A DNA stretch of 64,000 bases, taken from assembly GCA_944326355.1 (NCBI GenBank), contig CALVDO010000006.1:16163-80162 (forward strand). Reading direction: 5' to 3'. Shown here one piece after another: positions 35,933 through 46,028 of the stretch (positions are counted from its first letter, which is position 1; every line of letters begins with the position of its first letter). Origin of the DNA: an uncultured Bacteroidales bacterium. GTDB lineage: Bacteria; Bacteroidota; Bacteroidia; Bacteroidales; UBA932. The notes beneath the pieces were generated by a model. It searched no databases. It was not told the DNA's origin and saw only the letters and a list, made by a program, of their open reading frames with translations. The position numbers and the translations under genes were made by a program.

Positions 35933-36922
35933 TCAGCCGTTTTTCTGATAGACTTTGACATAATTGACATACATACTGGCTTCGTCACCGTCCTCAGGAA
36001 GTGCCGTTATAAGAGAAGCATTGTGAATCCCCGGGAAATTTCCGCCCACGGCGAGATTGAAGATGATGAAGAAGTCATGGTGAAAATATGGACTTGTGCC
36101 TCCCCACTCGTCGTCCGTGCTGGTTATTCCCATTTCATAATACGGACTCGCGTCAGGATATTTGTCGAGATCGAGATACATTCTCAGATACTCCTCGTCC
36201 CACACGAGGGTGAACAGGTGGTACTGCCCGTCCTGAAGGCTGTATGCCGCCGTCGTCGATCTCGCGTAATTCGGATACTGGTTCTGAGAATTGTAGAAGC
36301 CCCAGTGCGCCGCTCCGTTGAAATACCTGTCCTGAGTGCCGTTTCTGATGCCGTCCGCATGGCCCATCTCCATGATGTCTATCTCGCCGCAGCGTGGCCA
36401 CGAATTGGTCTGATAGTCAGCCCCGAGAAGCCAGAAGGCCGGCCAGAGTCCGTTTGCGGTGGAAGGAATCATTATGCTCGCCTCGACCTTGCCGTGGGTA
36501 AATTTCATCTTTCCGCTCGTATTGACCCTGCCTGAAGTGAAATAGTGTCCCAGGTGCTCTTCCCTCCTCGCGGTCAGGATGAGGCAGCCGTTGCCGTTCC
36601 CGTCCCTGCCGACAGAGACATTCTCTTCGACATAATACTGCATCTCGGAGTTGCCTCCTCCGTCTCCGTTCACTTCGATATTCCATGTGCCGGAATCGAG
36701 GGCGTCGCCGTCAAAGAGATCCTGCCACACGAGGACATAGCCGTCAGCCTCGCCGGACCCCTGCTGGGCATCGTCATATTCCGGAGGAGTCGTCGAGCCT
36801 CCGTTGTCCCCTACTCCGTTGTCAGTGCCCGTGTTCCCGTCCGTATCGATGGATGAGCACGAGCAGGCGCACGCCATGAACAAGCCTGACAGCAGAATGA
36901 GCATCACATATCTTGTCTTCAT
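35933..36922 (-). CDS. GH16 endo-beta-1,3(4)-glucanase (laminarinase-like) lipoprotein
   Basis: 329 aa. The signal is LLSGLFMACAC. The catalytic motif is GEIDIMEMG (ExDxxE), and WPAFWLLG is also present. Confidence 0.85.
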   Translation of the reverse strand: MKTRYVMLILLSGLFMACACSCSSIDTDGNTGTDNGVGDNGGSTTPPEYDDAQQGSGEADGYVLVWQDLFDGDALDSGTWNIEVNGDGGGNSEMQYYVEENVSVGRDGNGNGCLILTARREEHLGHYFTSGRVNTSGKMKFTHGKVEASIMIPSTANGLWPAFWLLGADYQTNSWPRCGEIDIMEMGHADGIRNGTQDRYFNGAAHWGFYNSQNQYPNYARSTTAAYSLQDGQYHLFTLVWDEEYLRMYLDLDKYPDASPYYEMGITSTDDEWGGTSPYFHHDFFIIFNLAVGGNFPGIHNASLITALPEDGDEASMYVNYVKVYQKNG

Positions 36923-37047
36923 TTTTCCTGTTTTTGCATTATATGCCCGGCATTTGCGGGCACCGCGCTTCCGGCGGCAGTCCGGTCACCCTGCGCGGAG
37001 GCCGGAAACTGCCGTCTGTCAAGCGCAAAGCCGTCTTGCGGTCAGAT

Positions 37048-37863
37048 TCATTTCTTGTAGATGAACACTGCGTCAAGATCGAGCGTAGTGCCGGCTACTC
37101 CGCCGCTGAGGAAGGCAAAGAGGTTGATTGCGGCCTTCATAGGCTCCTGACTGAAGTCGAGGTTCATGGTGTTGAGAGGAATCTCATATTCATTCCACTC
37201 TCCCACTACGAACTCGCCGCCTACAGGAAGTACAGGCTCGTATGAAATCTCTCCGTCGACATAAGGAGTGTCAGGATCACCGAAAGCGAAGTGAGTTCCG
37301 GCATAGTCGGCTGAAGGCCAGCACATATAAGCCATGTGGGACTTGCCTTCCTGATTGGTCTTGTAGGCAAAGTGGAGATAATAGCTGTCGAGGTCTTCAG
37401 CGATAGCAGGCACATTCTCAACGCCAGGGACATCAACCACACCGTTGTAGAGATCCCACGCTCCGCCAGACCAGCCGCTGCCGCCGACTACGAATGATAC
37501 CCAGCCTGTAGCCGCACCATAGAAGCCGAGCCCGGAGTTGGTGCCGCCGGTGTAGGTTCCGTCCCATACGTCGATGTTGACCACGGCCTGACCATCCTCA
37601 GTAGTCGACGGCCTGAAGTCAGAGACCACCTTGTCCTCGATGGCGGCATACGAATCATCGTCAAGGAAGAGGACATAGTAGTTCGATCCCTGAAGAGAGG
37701 CATGGAGCTCGGTGTCGCCTCCGTTGTCGCCTCCATTGTCGTCTCCGCCTCCCGGAATAAGAGAGCCGTCATCGTTTCCGTTCTCGCCGTCCTTCTCGCA
37801 TGAAGTGAAGGTCAGTCCTGCGATACATGCTCCAGTAAGGAGCAACCAAGTAATCTTTTTCAT
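37048..37863 (-). CDS. SusE/F-position surface glycan-binding-like lipoprotein (hypothetical)
   Basis: The start at 37863 gives MKKITWLLLTGACIAGLTFTSC. A Gly/Asp-rich linker follows. It sits immediately downstream of susD. The functional call rests on position only. Confidence 0.4.
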   Translation of the reverse strand: MKKITWLLLTGACIAGLTFTSCEKDGENGNDDGSLIPGGGDDNGGDNGGDTELHASLQGSNYYVLFLDDDSYAAIEDKVVSDFRPSTTEDGQAVVNIDVWDGTYTGGTNSGLGFYGAATGWVSFVVGGSGWSGGAWDLYNGVVDVPGVENVPAIAEDLDSYYLHFAYKTNQEGKSHMAYMCWPSADYAGTHFAFGDPDTPYVDGEISYEPVLPVGGEFVVGEWNEYEIPLNTMNLDFSQEPMKAAINLFAFLSGGVAGTTLDLDAVFIYKK

Positions 37864-37997
37864 AACTATCATTAATTAAATGGGTTAATAAAAATTTTCC
37901 TGTTTCTGGCAGCTGCCGTAAAGGCAGGCCGGGGGCTATCGATGCAGTGGTGCATCGGCATATCCGGCATCTTGCGCCGAGCCGGCATGACGCCGGA

Positions 37998-39662
37998 TCA
38001 ATATCCTGGATTCTGCTGAAGCTGTCCGATGCGCACCTCCTCGTCCGGAATCGGGAAGAGCTCGTGCTTGCCCGTCACGAAGTCGGACATTTCTGCACGT
38101 ACCTCATCCGACTCGGAGGCTTTGTAGGCAGCCATCACGTCAGCGGCGATTCCCCAGCGGCAGAGGTCGAACCAGCGGTGTCCCTCCATCGCGAGCTCCA
38201 CTCTGCGCTCGTGGCGGATGGCAAGCTCCAGATCTTCGTCTGTGTCAGTGAGCTGACGTGAAGCGTAGCCGTCCGCATAGTCGGGGATGGAATAGTCCGG
38301 GAAAGCGGGGAGCACATCGTCAGAGCCCGTGACCATCGCTCTCGACCTTGCCCGCACATATTCCAGATAAGTCTTTGCCGTCCCCGGGTCGGAGCATTTC
38401 AGACACGCCTCGGCATACATGAGGTAGACGTCGGCAAGACGGATCACCACATTGTTGATCGGAGAGCGCATATCATTGTCTATCGCATCCGGATAAGTCC
38501 TCGTGACCGGATCGAAGAGAGTCCTCTTCAGAGTCACATACCTGCATCCGAGATAGTTCTCCTGTGCCGGGTTGCCTATCTCATCATCGGCAGGCACGAG
38601 AATGGTGAGGTCTCTGCGCGGGTCTCCGCTTTCATATTCGTCGTAAAGATTCTGTGTCGGGCGGTTGAATCCCCAACCGACATTGACGAAGGCGGAAGAT
38701 CGGGAACGCATGAGAATGGTGGCGAAAGTTCCCCGCTGAAAGCCGTTTCCCTCACCGTAATCGGTGGTCTGCTCCTTCATGTACTGGATCTCGAAGACCG
38801 ATTCCGGCCCGTTTTCTCCGGCAAGGGTGAAATTGTCCGCGTAATCAGCGCAGAGAGAATATTCAGCCGCCTGCTCCGTCATGAAGGTGGCGCCCCAGGT
38901 CTTTGCGTCAGAATAGCACGAGGACGGGTCCTGACCGTTGTTTTCCCTATAGTTGCCCCAGTAGAGATATGCCTTGAGAAGCATCGCCTGAGCCGCACCC
39001 TGAGTGGCTCTGCCCATGTCTGACGCATCATATTCGCTCTTCTTCGGAAGCGCGGGGGCAGCCTCCTTGAGGTCATCGGTGATGAGGGTAAAGATGTCGT
39101 CTGCGCTTGCCCTCGGCCGAATCCAGTCTTCGCTGCTGTAGACGGGCTCTGTGACTTCCGGAACGCCGCCGAACATCCTTACGAGACGGAAATAGTAGAA
39201 TGCCCTGAGAAATTTCGCTTCGGCTATCAGCCTTGAACGGTACTCCTCAGTAAAGGCCTCGTCCGTGCCCGACTCCATCTCCGTGACCTGCTCAATGGCA
39301 AGGTTGGCGCGTGCTATCCCTTGATATTGAGCTCTGTAATACTCGAGAATCAGGCCGTTGTTGGCGATGGCCTTGAAATTTTCAAGATCGTAGGCGTCAG
39401 CCATGTCGGAGGTGTTCTGCCCGCCTTTGAGGGCGTCATCCGAGACGACGTCGCCGATAAAGAATTCCGAATAGTAGGTATTGTTGTACTCCCACATGAG
39501 AGGCACATATGCGGCGGTCACCACCTCAAGAGCCGCCTCAGAACTGGTGAAATAGTCTTCCACCTTGTTCAGCATCGGACTTTCCTCCCTGAGCCAGTCG
39601 CTGCAGGATACGGCCGCGAGCAGAGAAAGGAGAGCCGCTCCTTTCAAAATGTATCTTTTCAT
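37998..39662 (-). CDS. susD: SusD/RagB-family nutrient-binding outer-membrane lipoprotein
   Basis: 554 aa. MKRYILKGAALLSLLAAVSC signal, FLRAFYYFRLVRMFGGVP, RHERRVELAMEGHRWFDLCRW and PIPDEEV. Confidence 0.9.
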   Translation of the reverse strand: MKRYILKGAALLSLLAAVSCSDWLREESPMLNKVEDYFTSSEAALEVVTAAYVPLMWEYNNTYYSEFFIGDVVSDDALKGGQNTSDMADAYDLENFKAIANNGLILEYYRAQYQGIARANLAIEQVTEMESGTDEAFTEEYRSRLIAEAKFLRAFYYFRLVRMFGGVPEVTEPVYSSEDWIRPRASADDIFTLITDDLKEAAPALPKKSEYDASDMGRATQGAAQAMLLKAYLYWGNYRENNGQDPSSCYSDAKTWGATFMTEQAAEYSLCADYADNFTLAGENGPESVFEIQYMKEQTTDYGEGNGFQRGTFATILMRSRSSAFVNVGWGFNRPTQNLYDEYESGDPRRDLTILVPADDEIGNPAQENYLGCRYVTLKRTLFDPVTRTYPDAIDNDMRSPINNVVIRLADVYLMYAEACLKCSDPGTAKTYLEYVRARSRAMVTGSDDVLPAFPDYSIPDYADGYASRQLTDTDEDLELAIRHERRVELAMEGHRWFDLCRWGIAADVMAAYKASESDEVRAEMSDFVTGKHELFPIPDEEVRIGQLQQNPGY

Positions 39663-39676
39663 CGTAATGATCGCTA

Positions 39677-42600
39677 TTAGAAGTTAATGTTGAGACCGAG
39701 CATGAATGTCCTCGACTGAGGATAGTTGCCGTAGTCGACTCCGCCGCCCACCTCCGGGTCATAACCGGTGTATCTGGTGACAGTGAAGAGATTGCTGCCG
39801 GACAGATAGATCCTGAGCCTGCTCATTCCTATCTTGCTTATCCACCTCTGAGGCAGGGAGTAGCCTATCTGGAGATTCTTCAGTCTGAGATACGAGCCGT
39901 CCTCTATGAATCTGTCGCTGTCTTCCCTGTTCATGGCGCTTCCGTTCGGGTTCGGTATCGATCCGTCCGGGTTGGAGGTGGTCCACACGTCTCGCATCGT
40001 GGTGCTGAGCGTGGCCTCGTTGCCGGTGCCCTCAGTCCTCAGACGCACGGCATTGTAGATCTCGTTGCCGTAGACCCCCTGAAAGAAGAGGGACAGGTCA
40101 AGGCCCTTCCACTCTGCGGACAGGTTGATTCCGTAGGTGAGCCACGGGAACGGGTTGCCGAGTGCGGTGCGGTCGGATTCGTCTATCTTGCCGTCACCGT
40201 TCAGATCCACATACCTGACGTCACCCGGAGAATAAGTGCCGGCGTCCTCGGCCCAGAGGTATTCGGAGATCTCCTCCTCCGACCTGAATATGCCGTCGTA
40301 TTTATAGCCCCAGAAGGTGTAGAGAGGCAGGCCTTCGTCCGAAATGACCTTGTCGCCATAGACCCTCTGACCCCCGTTGAGCGCCGTCAGCTCGTTGCCG
40401 ATGAATGAGACGTTGCCTCCTATCGAGTAGTCCACCTGGCCTATCCTGTTGCGGTGGTTGAGCGTCACCTCTATTCCCTTGTTGCGCACAGTGCCGACAT
40501 TAGCCGTCGCCGCATATCTGTTGCCCACATGAGCCGGAGCGGTCACGCTCAAAAGCATGTCCTTCGTGTCTCGGAGGAAGAGGTCAACTGTACCGGTCAG
40601 CCTGTTGTTGAGTACGCCGAAGTCGATTCCCGCATTCCACTGCTCGGTCGTCTCCCACTTTCCGCCGTTGTTGACATAAGTGAGGATGGTCGAGCCGGAG
40701 GCAAGGGCCTGGTCTCCTGTCCCGAGAGGGTAATCCACGAAAGTAGGTCCGGTGTTCATCATGCTGAGGATGAAGCTGTCGTCTCCGATCTGGTCGTTTC
40801 CGATGCTTCCCCATCCGGCCCTTATCTTGAGGTCGTCAAGCCATGTCACGCTCTTCATCCACGGCTCGCCGCTTATTCTCCAGGCGAGGGCTGTCGACGG
40901 GAAATATCCCCATGTGTTCTCCGGGAATTTGCTGGAGCCGTCCGCACGGAAATTGACCGTTATCAGATACCTGCTGTCGTATGAATAGTGTACGCGGCCG
41001 AGAAACGAGAGTCTGCGTGAGCGCGAGGCTGCGTCTGAAGCCTCTGTCCTGTCTTCAGTGGCCTGAGAGAGATACCAGTTTCTCTCCTCCGGATTGAGGA
41101 TTGAAGAGCCCGAGCCGCTGATGCTGTAGTAGTTGTACTCCTCGTTGGTCTGGCCGACCATCACCGAGAAGCTGTGCTTCTTTATGTCTCTGGCGTATGT
41201 GAGCGTATTCTCAACAATGACTGTGGAATACCTCGACATACTGCGCTCGATGAAATTCTTTTCGTTGCGGTCGTACTCGGAATACTGGTAGGCGTAGTTG
41301 AAGAGCCTGTGTCTTGTGTTGGTGAGGTCGAGGCTGACATCAGAGCGGAAAGTGAGACCTTTGACCGGGGTTATCTCGAGAAAGACGTCCCCGACCCACC
41401 TCTCGGTCTTGTCGAGAGGCTCGGAATTCTCCACCATCGACAGCGGATTTGTGACATTCTTGAAGTTGGATGCCGCACTTATCCGGCCTCCGAGATCTTC
41501 TCCTGCACTGTTGACGCTGCCTTCCGGATAGCGGGCGGGATCCCACGGAGCCATGGCAAGCGCCGCAGAGATGACTGAGGCTGAAGGAGAGCTGTTGTTG
41601 TTCATGGCGTTACGGCCCTGCGACATCATGAACGTGAGGTTTTCTCCCACTTTCAGCCATTTGGCCACCTGATGAGAGGAGTTGGCCCTGACCGTGGCCC
41701 TGTTGAAGTCAGAGCCGATTATGGTTCCCTGCTGATTGAAATAGCTGCCGCTCAAGGACCACTGGCTCTTCTCATTACCGCCGTTGATAGACACGTGATA
41801 GTTCTGTATGGCGGCGGAGCGGAAGATCACGTCCTGCCAGTCAGTATCTATGGCCGAATAATTGAGATTGCTCGGGAAATATCGGGAAGTACCTATCAGA
41901 TACTGCCTTACCCAGGCGTTCAGGCCGTTCTCCTGAAGATAGCTGAGCTGAGATGCGCTCGTGAGGGACGCGAGAGTAGCAGCAAACTCCGAGGCGTTCA
42001 TCAGGTCGAGCTTGCGCCACGGCGTCTGGACTCCGGCGTAGGCGTCTATCGACACGTTTATCTTTCCGTCAGTGCTCCCTTTCTTAGTCGTTATGAGAAT
42101 CACTCCGTTGGCGCCTCTCGACCCGTAGATTGCGGTGGCGGAGGCGTCCTTAAGTATTTCCGTCGACTTGATGTCGTTAGGGTTGACGAATGAGATGTCA
42201 TCGACAATGACGCCGTCAACAACATATATAGGTGCACTGTTGTTGACTGTGCCGATGCCTCGGATACGCACTTCTGCGGCAGCGCCCGGCTGTCCTGTGC
42301 TTGAATTGACCGTGACACCTGCGGCAAGTCCCTGAAGAGCCTGGTCAAGATTGGCGGCAGGCGTCTTCTGAAGCTGGTCAGCCTTTACTGATGATACCGA
42401 GCCCGTGAGGTCGCTCTTTTTCATCACGCCATATCCGATGGCGACGACCTCGTCCAGCATCACCGCGTCGGTCTTCAGCACGACATTTATCGTACCCCCC
42501 CTCTGAAACGGTGAATGTCTGGTCTACAAATCCTATTGAAGTGAACAGAAGAGTCTGGCCCTGCCGGACAGAAATCGAATATCTGCCGTCAAGATCGGTG

Positions 42601-42761
42601 GAAGTGCCCTGAGTCGTGCCTTGAACGACTACTGATACGCCGGGGAGAGGAAGTCCGTCATCTTCGGAAGTCACCGTGCCCGACACCGTCAAAGTCTGCG
42701 CTGAGACAACTTGCATCGCAGACAGCAGAACAGCTGACAATAATAGAAGCAATTTCTTCAT
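39677..42761 (-). pseudogene. susC: SusC-family TonB-dependent transporter with its frame broken in a G7 run (frameshift, phase-OFF state or assembly error)
   Basis: The N-terminal part (42761 down to about 42495) encodes MKKLLLLLSAVLLSAMQVVSAQ followed by a CarbopepD_reg-like domain, in one frame. The remainder (track ORF 39677..42481: LKTDAVMLDEVVAIGYGVMKKSDLTGSV... ending ...TFMLGLNINF) is in another frame. Removing one G from the run at 42495..42501 gives the continuous reading ...FTVSEGGTINVVLKTDAVMLDEVV... Confidence 0.85.
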
Positions 42762-43009
42762 AACAGTGTCACTAATCATGTGCTTTGGTTTCGTGCAAAT
42801 ATACGTGTGATGAGACTCCGCTGATGCGAAAACCATCTCACAAAAACTCAACATCATCAAATAATTATTACGACAATACCTCTACATAAAATATTTACTT
42901 TAGTATTAATCAATAAATTATAAAATAAGTCCACCTAAATGTGATTATATTGCGAAAAGCGACACCACTCTACAAGACAATTTTTAACTTTGCAGAAAAC
43001 ACTGAAACG

Positions 43010-45940
43010 ATGAGAAGACCGCTGTTCATTGCGGCGCTTGCCCTGCTGTCCGCCGCCCTCTTTCCTTACGATGCGCTCGCGCTGTACCCTTCCGTGCGCA
43101 ATTTCACCAAGACTGACTACAAGGCCGGCACACAGAACTGGTGCATAACGGAAAACGGATCAAGATTCATGTACTTCGCCAACAACAGCGGGATGCTGGA
43201 ATACGACGGAAAGAACTGGATTCTGACACCTATATCCAACTTCTCGAACGTGAGGTCCGTAATGTATGATGAAAGGACAGGCAGGATATACGCAGGGGCA
43301 TTCAACGAATTCGGCTGGTACTCTCTGAGCGCACGCGGGGAAATGACCTATACCTCCATGAGAGACAGGCTGGCAGAGGAACGCGACATGTCGGAGGTAT
43401 GGAGAATCGTCAAAGCGGGAGACGACATATACCTGCATGACGACTACAGCGTTTACAGACTCGATACGGACTCGATACGGACAGTCTTCAGCAGCGGAGC
43501 GAAAATCAATTCCATGGCGGCAGCCGGGCCGAAAGTGACATTTTCAGCGATCGGATCAGGGCTCATGCAGATTTCGGAAAACGGGGAAATATCCCGTATC
43601 AGGGGATGCGAATCCCTTAAAGACAAGAGAATATGCGCAATATTACCTTATGCCGGCTCGACAGAGCGACTGATCGTCACCGAATTTGACGGGGTATATC
43701 TGTGGATCGGGGGCCAACTCAGAAGGCTAAGACCGGAAATGGAGATGGAGATAATGAGGGCACAGGTATTCTGCGCCGCGACTGACGGCGAGCATCTCGC
43801 CTTGGGCACAATATCGGACGGAGTGTTCATAATCAGTCTGGACAGCATGTCCTGTACACACCTCAACACATTTTCAGGACTTCAGAACAATTCAGTGCTT
43901 AGCATGTTCTTCGATTCGGCCGGCAATCTCTGGCTCGGACTTGACAAGGGCATAGACTATGTCACGCTCAATTCCCCGGAAAAGTCGGTCTTCAACACTG
44001 ACAGGCTCTACGGGACCGGATACTGCTCCCTCTTCCATAACGGCAGGCTCTATCTCGGGACCAATCAGGGACTATACTTCACAGGTTCTGACCCTTCGGA
44101 GGACACAGGATTCGGCAGGACCGGAGAGAGAATAATGCAGGTCAACGGGCTAAAGGGACAGGTGTGGTGTCTGGAAGAAATCTGCGGCACGATTTTCTGC
44201 GGACATGACCACGGTCTCTTCGTGATAGAGGGCGATGAGGCAAAGCGCATCAAAGGCGTCAGCGGCATCTGGAAAATAAGCGAAAACCCGTTCATCCCGG
44301 GCGAGATCCTCGGCTGTTCGTACAACGGGCTGTTCAGACTCGAAAAGATAAACGGGCAGTGGACACCGCACATGATAGGCGGTGAGCATGATTCGAGCAG
44401 CATCTTTGAGCCAGACTCCGACGGGACGATATGGCTTTATCACTGGATGAAGGGGCTGTTCAGGCTCACTCTCGACGAAAGGCGCGACTCAATCGTAAGG
44501 ACAGAATATTTCTCCAGAGAGAAAGGGTTTCCGACCGACAGGAACAATATGCCGAACAGATACGGAGACATGATGGTATTCTCCTCTGAAGGAGGATTTT
44601 ATGTCTTTGACAGGCAAGATGGCAAGATGAAGCCCTACGACAGATTCAACAGGCTCTTCAGCCGGCCTCCGGTGGCAGTGAAGATCCACGAGTCGCCTTA
44701 TGGAGACATCCTCTTCCTGTCAGGCGCCATACAGACTCTGGCCACAAGGGAAAACGGAGAATACCGCATCGACAGCATGTCCCTGAAGTTTCTGCAAAAC
44801 AGGAGAATTCCGGGCTTCGACGACATCACATGGGTAAATCCGGGACAATTCATCATCAATACAGAAGACGGATTCTCGTGGATAGACATTCAGAAGCCAG
44901 AGGGACATCCGAATCCGCCAGATGGAAAAACGACCATAAAAAGCGTCCGCGTGACAGCCGGAAAAGACTCGCTAATCTTCGGAACGAGACAGTCTCTGCC
45001 GGATTCCTCCGCATTGAAGAGACTCAGACTGCCGTACAGGGATAATTCCCTGAGATTTGAATTCATACGGCCGCAATATGCCGGAAATGACGCCGTGGAA
45101 TACAGATGGATTCTCGAACGGTATGACAGAGACTGGTCAGGATGGTCTACGCAGAATGTGAAGGAATACACGGGCCTGCCGCAGGGAAATTACGTGTTCC
45201 GTGCGGCATCCAGAGACACGGTGACAAGCGACGAGACTGAAAGCGCGTTCAGATTCACCATTCTGCCGCCGTGGTACCTGAGCAAGGCGGCGGTGGCCTG
45301 CTATGCAGCCCTGCTCGCCCTCGCGACCTATCTCCTCATCAGGCTCATCAGCTCCAGAGAGGAAAAGCAGGCCGAGGAAATCGAAAAGAGAAAACAGGAG
45401 GAGATGAAGGCGCAGCAGGCGAAATACGAAGAAGAGGCGAGAGAAAAGGAGAAAGAGATAGTGATGCTGCGCAACCAGACTCTGGAGGCGGACCTGAAGC
45501 TCAAGTCACAGGATCTGGCCAACTCCACAATGAACCTCATCCGCAAAAACGAGATCCTGATAAAGATCAAGAACGATCTCGGGAAGGTCCAGACGGAGAT
45601 GGAGGAAAACAATGACAAGGCCAAGGCGATGAAGAGACTGATGAAGATACAGGCGGACATCAGGGAGAACATCGGCCACGATGACGACTGGCTGAAGTTC
45701 GAACAGAACTTCGACATGGTATATGAGGACTATCTGAAGCGGCTGAAGCATGAGTTTCCGAAGCTAACCGCCGGCGATATGCGGCTCTGTGCATACCTGA
45801 AGCTGGACTTGTCGTCCAAAGACATCGCCTCCATGATGAACATGTCTGTCAGGAGCGTGGAAATGGCAAGATACAGGCTCAGACAGAAAATCGGCCTGAC
45901 AAGAGAAGACAATCTCTCCGACTTCCTCCAGAACTTCTGA
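43010..45940 (+). CDS. transmembrane one-component regulator: two-component-regulator propeller repeats + Y_Y_Y domain + TM + coiled coil + LuxR-type HTH
   Basis: The ATG at 43010 gives MRRPLFIAALALLSAALF. Repeated beta-propeller-like segments follow. The Y_Y_Y region is VEYRWILERYDRDWSGWSTQNVKEYTGLPQGNYVFRAASRD and the TM segment is AAVACYAALLALATYLLIRLI. A Lys/Glu coiled coil follows. The C-terminus LTAGDMRLCAYLKLDLSSKDIASMMNMSVRSVEMARYRLRQKIG is LuxR/GerE-like. No HisKA/HATPase or REC motifs were seen. Confidence 0.8.
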   Translation: MRRPLFIAALALLSAALFPYDALALYPSVRNFTKTDYKAGTQNWCITENGSRFMYFANNSGMLEYDGKNWILTPISNFSNVRSVMYDERTGRIYAGAFNEFGWYSLSARGEMTYTSMRDRLAEERDMSEVWRIVKAGDDIYLHDDYSVYRLDTDSIRTVFSSGAKINSMAAAGPKVTFSAIGSGLMQISENGEISRIRGCESLKDKRICAILPYAGSTERLIVTEFDGVYLWIGGQLRRLRPEMEMEIMRAQVFCAATDGEHLALGTISDGVFIISLDSMSCTHLNTFSGLQNNSVLSMFFDSAGNLWLGLDKGIDYVTLNSPEKSVFNTDRLYGTGYCSLFHNGRLYLGTNQGLYFTGSDPSEDTGFGRTGERIMQVNGLKGQVWCLEEICGTIFCGHDHGLFVIEGDEAKRIKGVSGIWKISENPFIPGEILGCSYNGLFRLEKINGQWTPHMIGGEHDSSSIFEPDSDGTIWLYHWMKGLFRLTLDERRDSIVRTEYFSREKGFPTDRNNMPNRYGDMMVFSSEGGFYVFDRQDGKMKPYDRFNRLFSRPPVAVKIHESPYGDILFLSGAIQTLATRENGEYRIDSMSLKFLQNRRIPGFDDITWVNPGQFIINTEDGFSWIDIQKPEGHPNPPDGKTTIKSVRVTAGKDSLIFGTRQSLPDSSALKRLRLPYRDNSLRFEFIRPQYAGNDAVEYRWILERYDRDWSGWSTQNVKEYTGLPQGNYVFRAASRDTVTSDETESAFRFTILPPWYLSKAAVACYAALLALATYLLIRLISSREEKQAEEIEKRKQEEMKAQQAKYEEEAREKEKEIVMLRNQTLEADLKLKSQDLANSTMNLIRKNEILIKIKNDLGKVQTEMEENNDKAKAMKRLMKIQADIRENIGHDDDWLKFEQNFDMVYEDYLKRLKHEFPKLTAGDMRLCAYLKLDLSSKDIASMMNMSVRSVEMARYRLRQKIGLTREDNLSDFLQNF

Positions 45941-45948
45941 AAAAAAAC

Positions 45949-45976
45949 GGAGCGTGACGGCCGGCCGTCACGCTCC
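45949..45976. terminator. intrinsic terminator hairpin between convergent genes (strongest for ompA-family gene on the minus strand)
   Basis: There is a perfect 28-nt palindrome ggagcgtgacggcc/ggccgtcacgctcc. On the minus strand G+T8 follows it (plus-strand A8 at 45940..45947). On the plus strand only ttctt follows. Confidence 0.6.
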
Positions 45977-46028
45977 TTCTTATCTGTATGTATCTGCGGC
46001 GAAAGAATGCGCCGTCGGAACAGTCATG

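Noticed and set aside
39677-42860. Two separate genes: a 160-aa CarbopepD_reg-like protein and a 934-aa TonB-dependent receptor with a GTG start
   Set aside because: The two frames join seamlessly into a canonical SusC when one G of the G7 run is removed. The downstream ORF lacks its own signal peptide and N-terminal domain.
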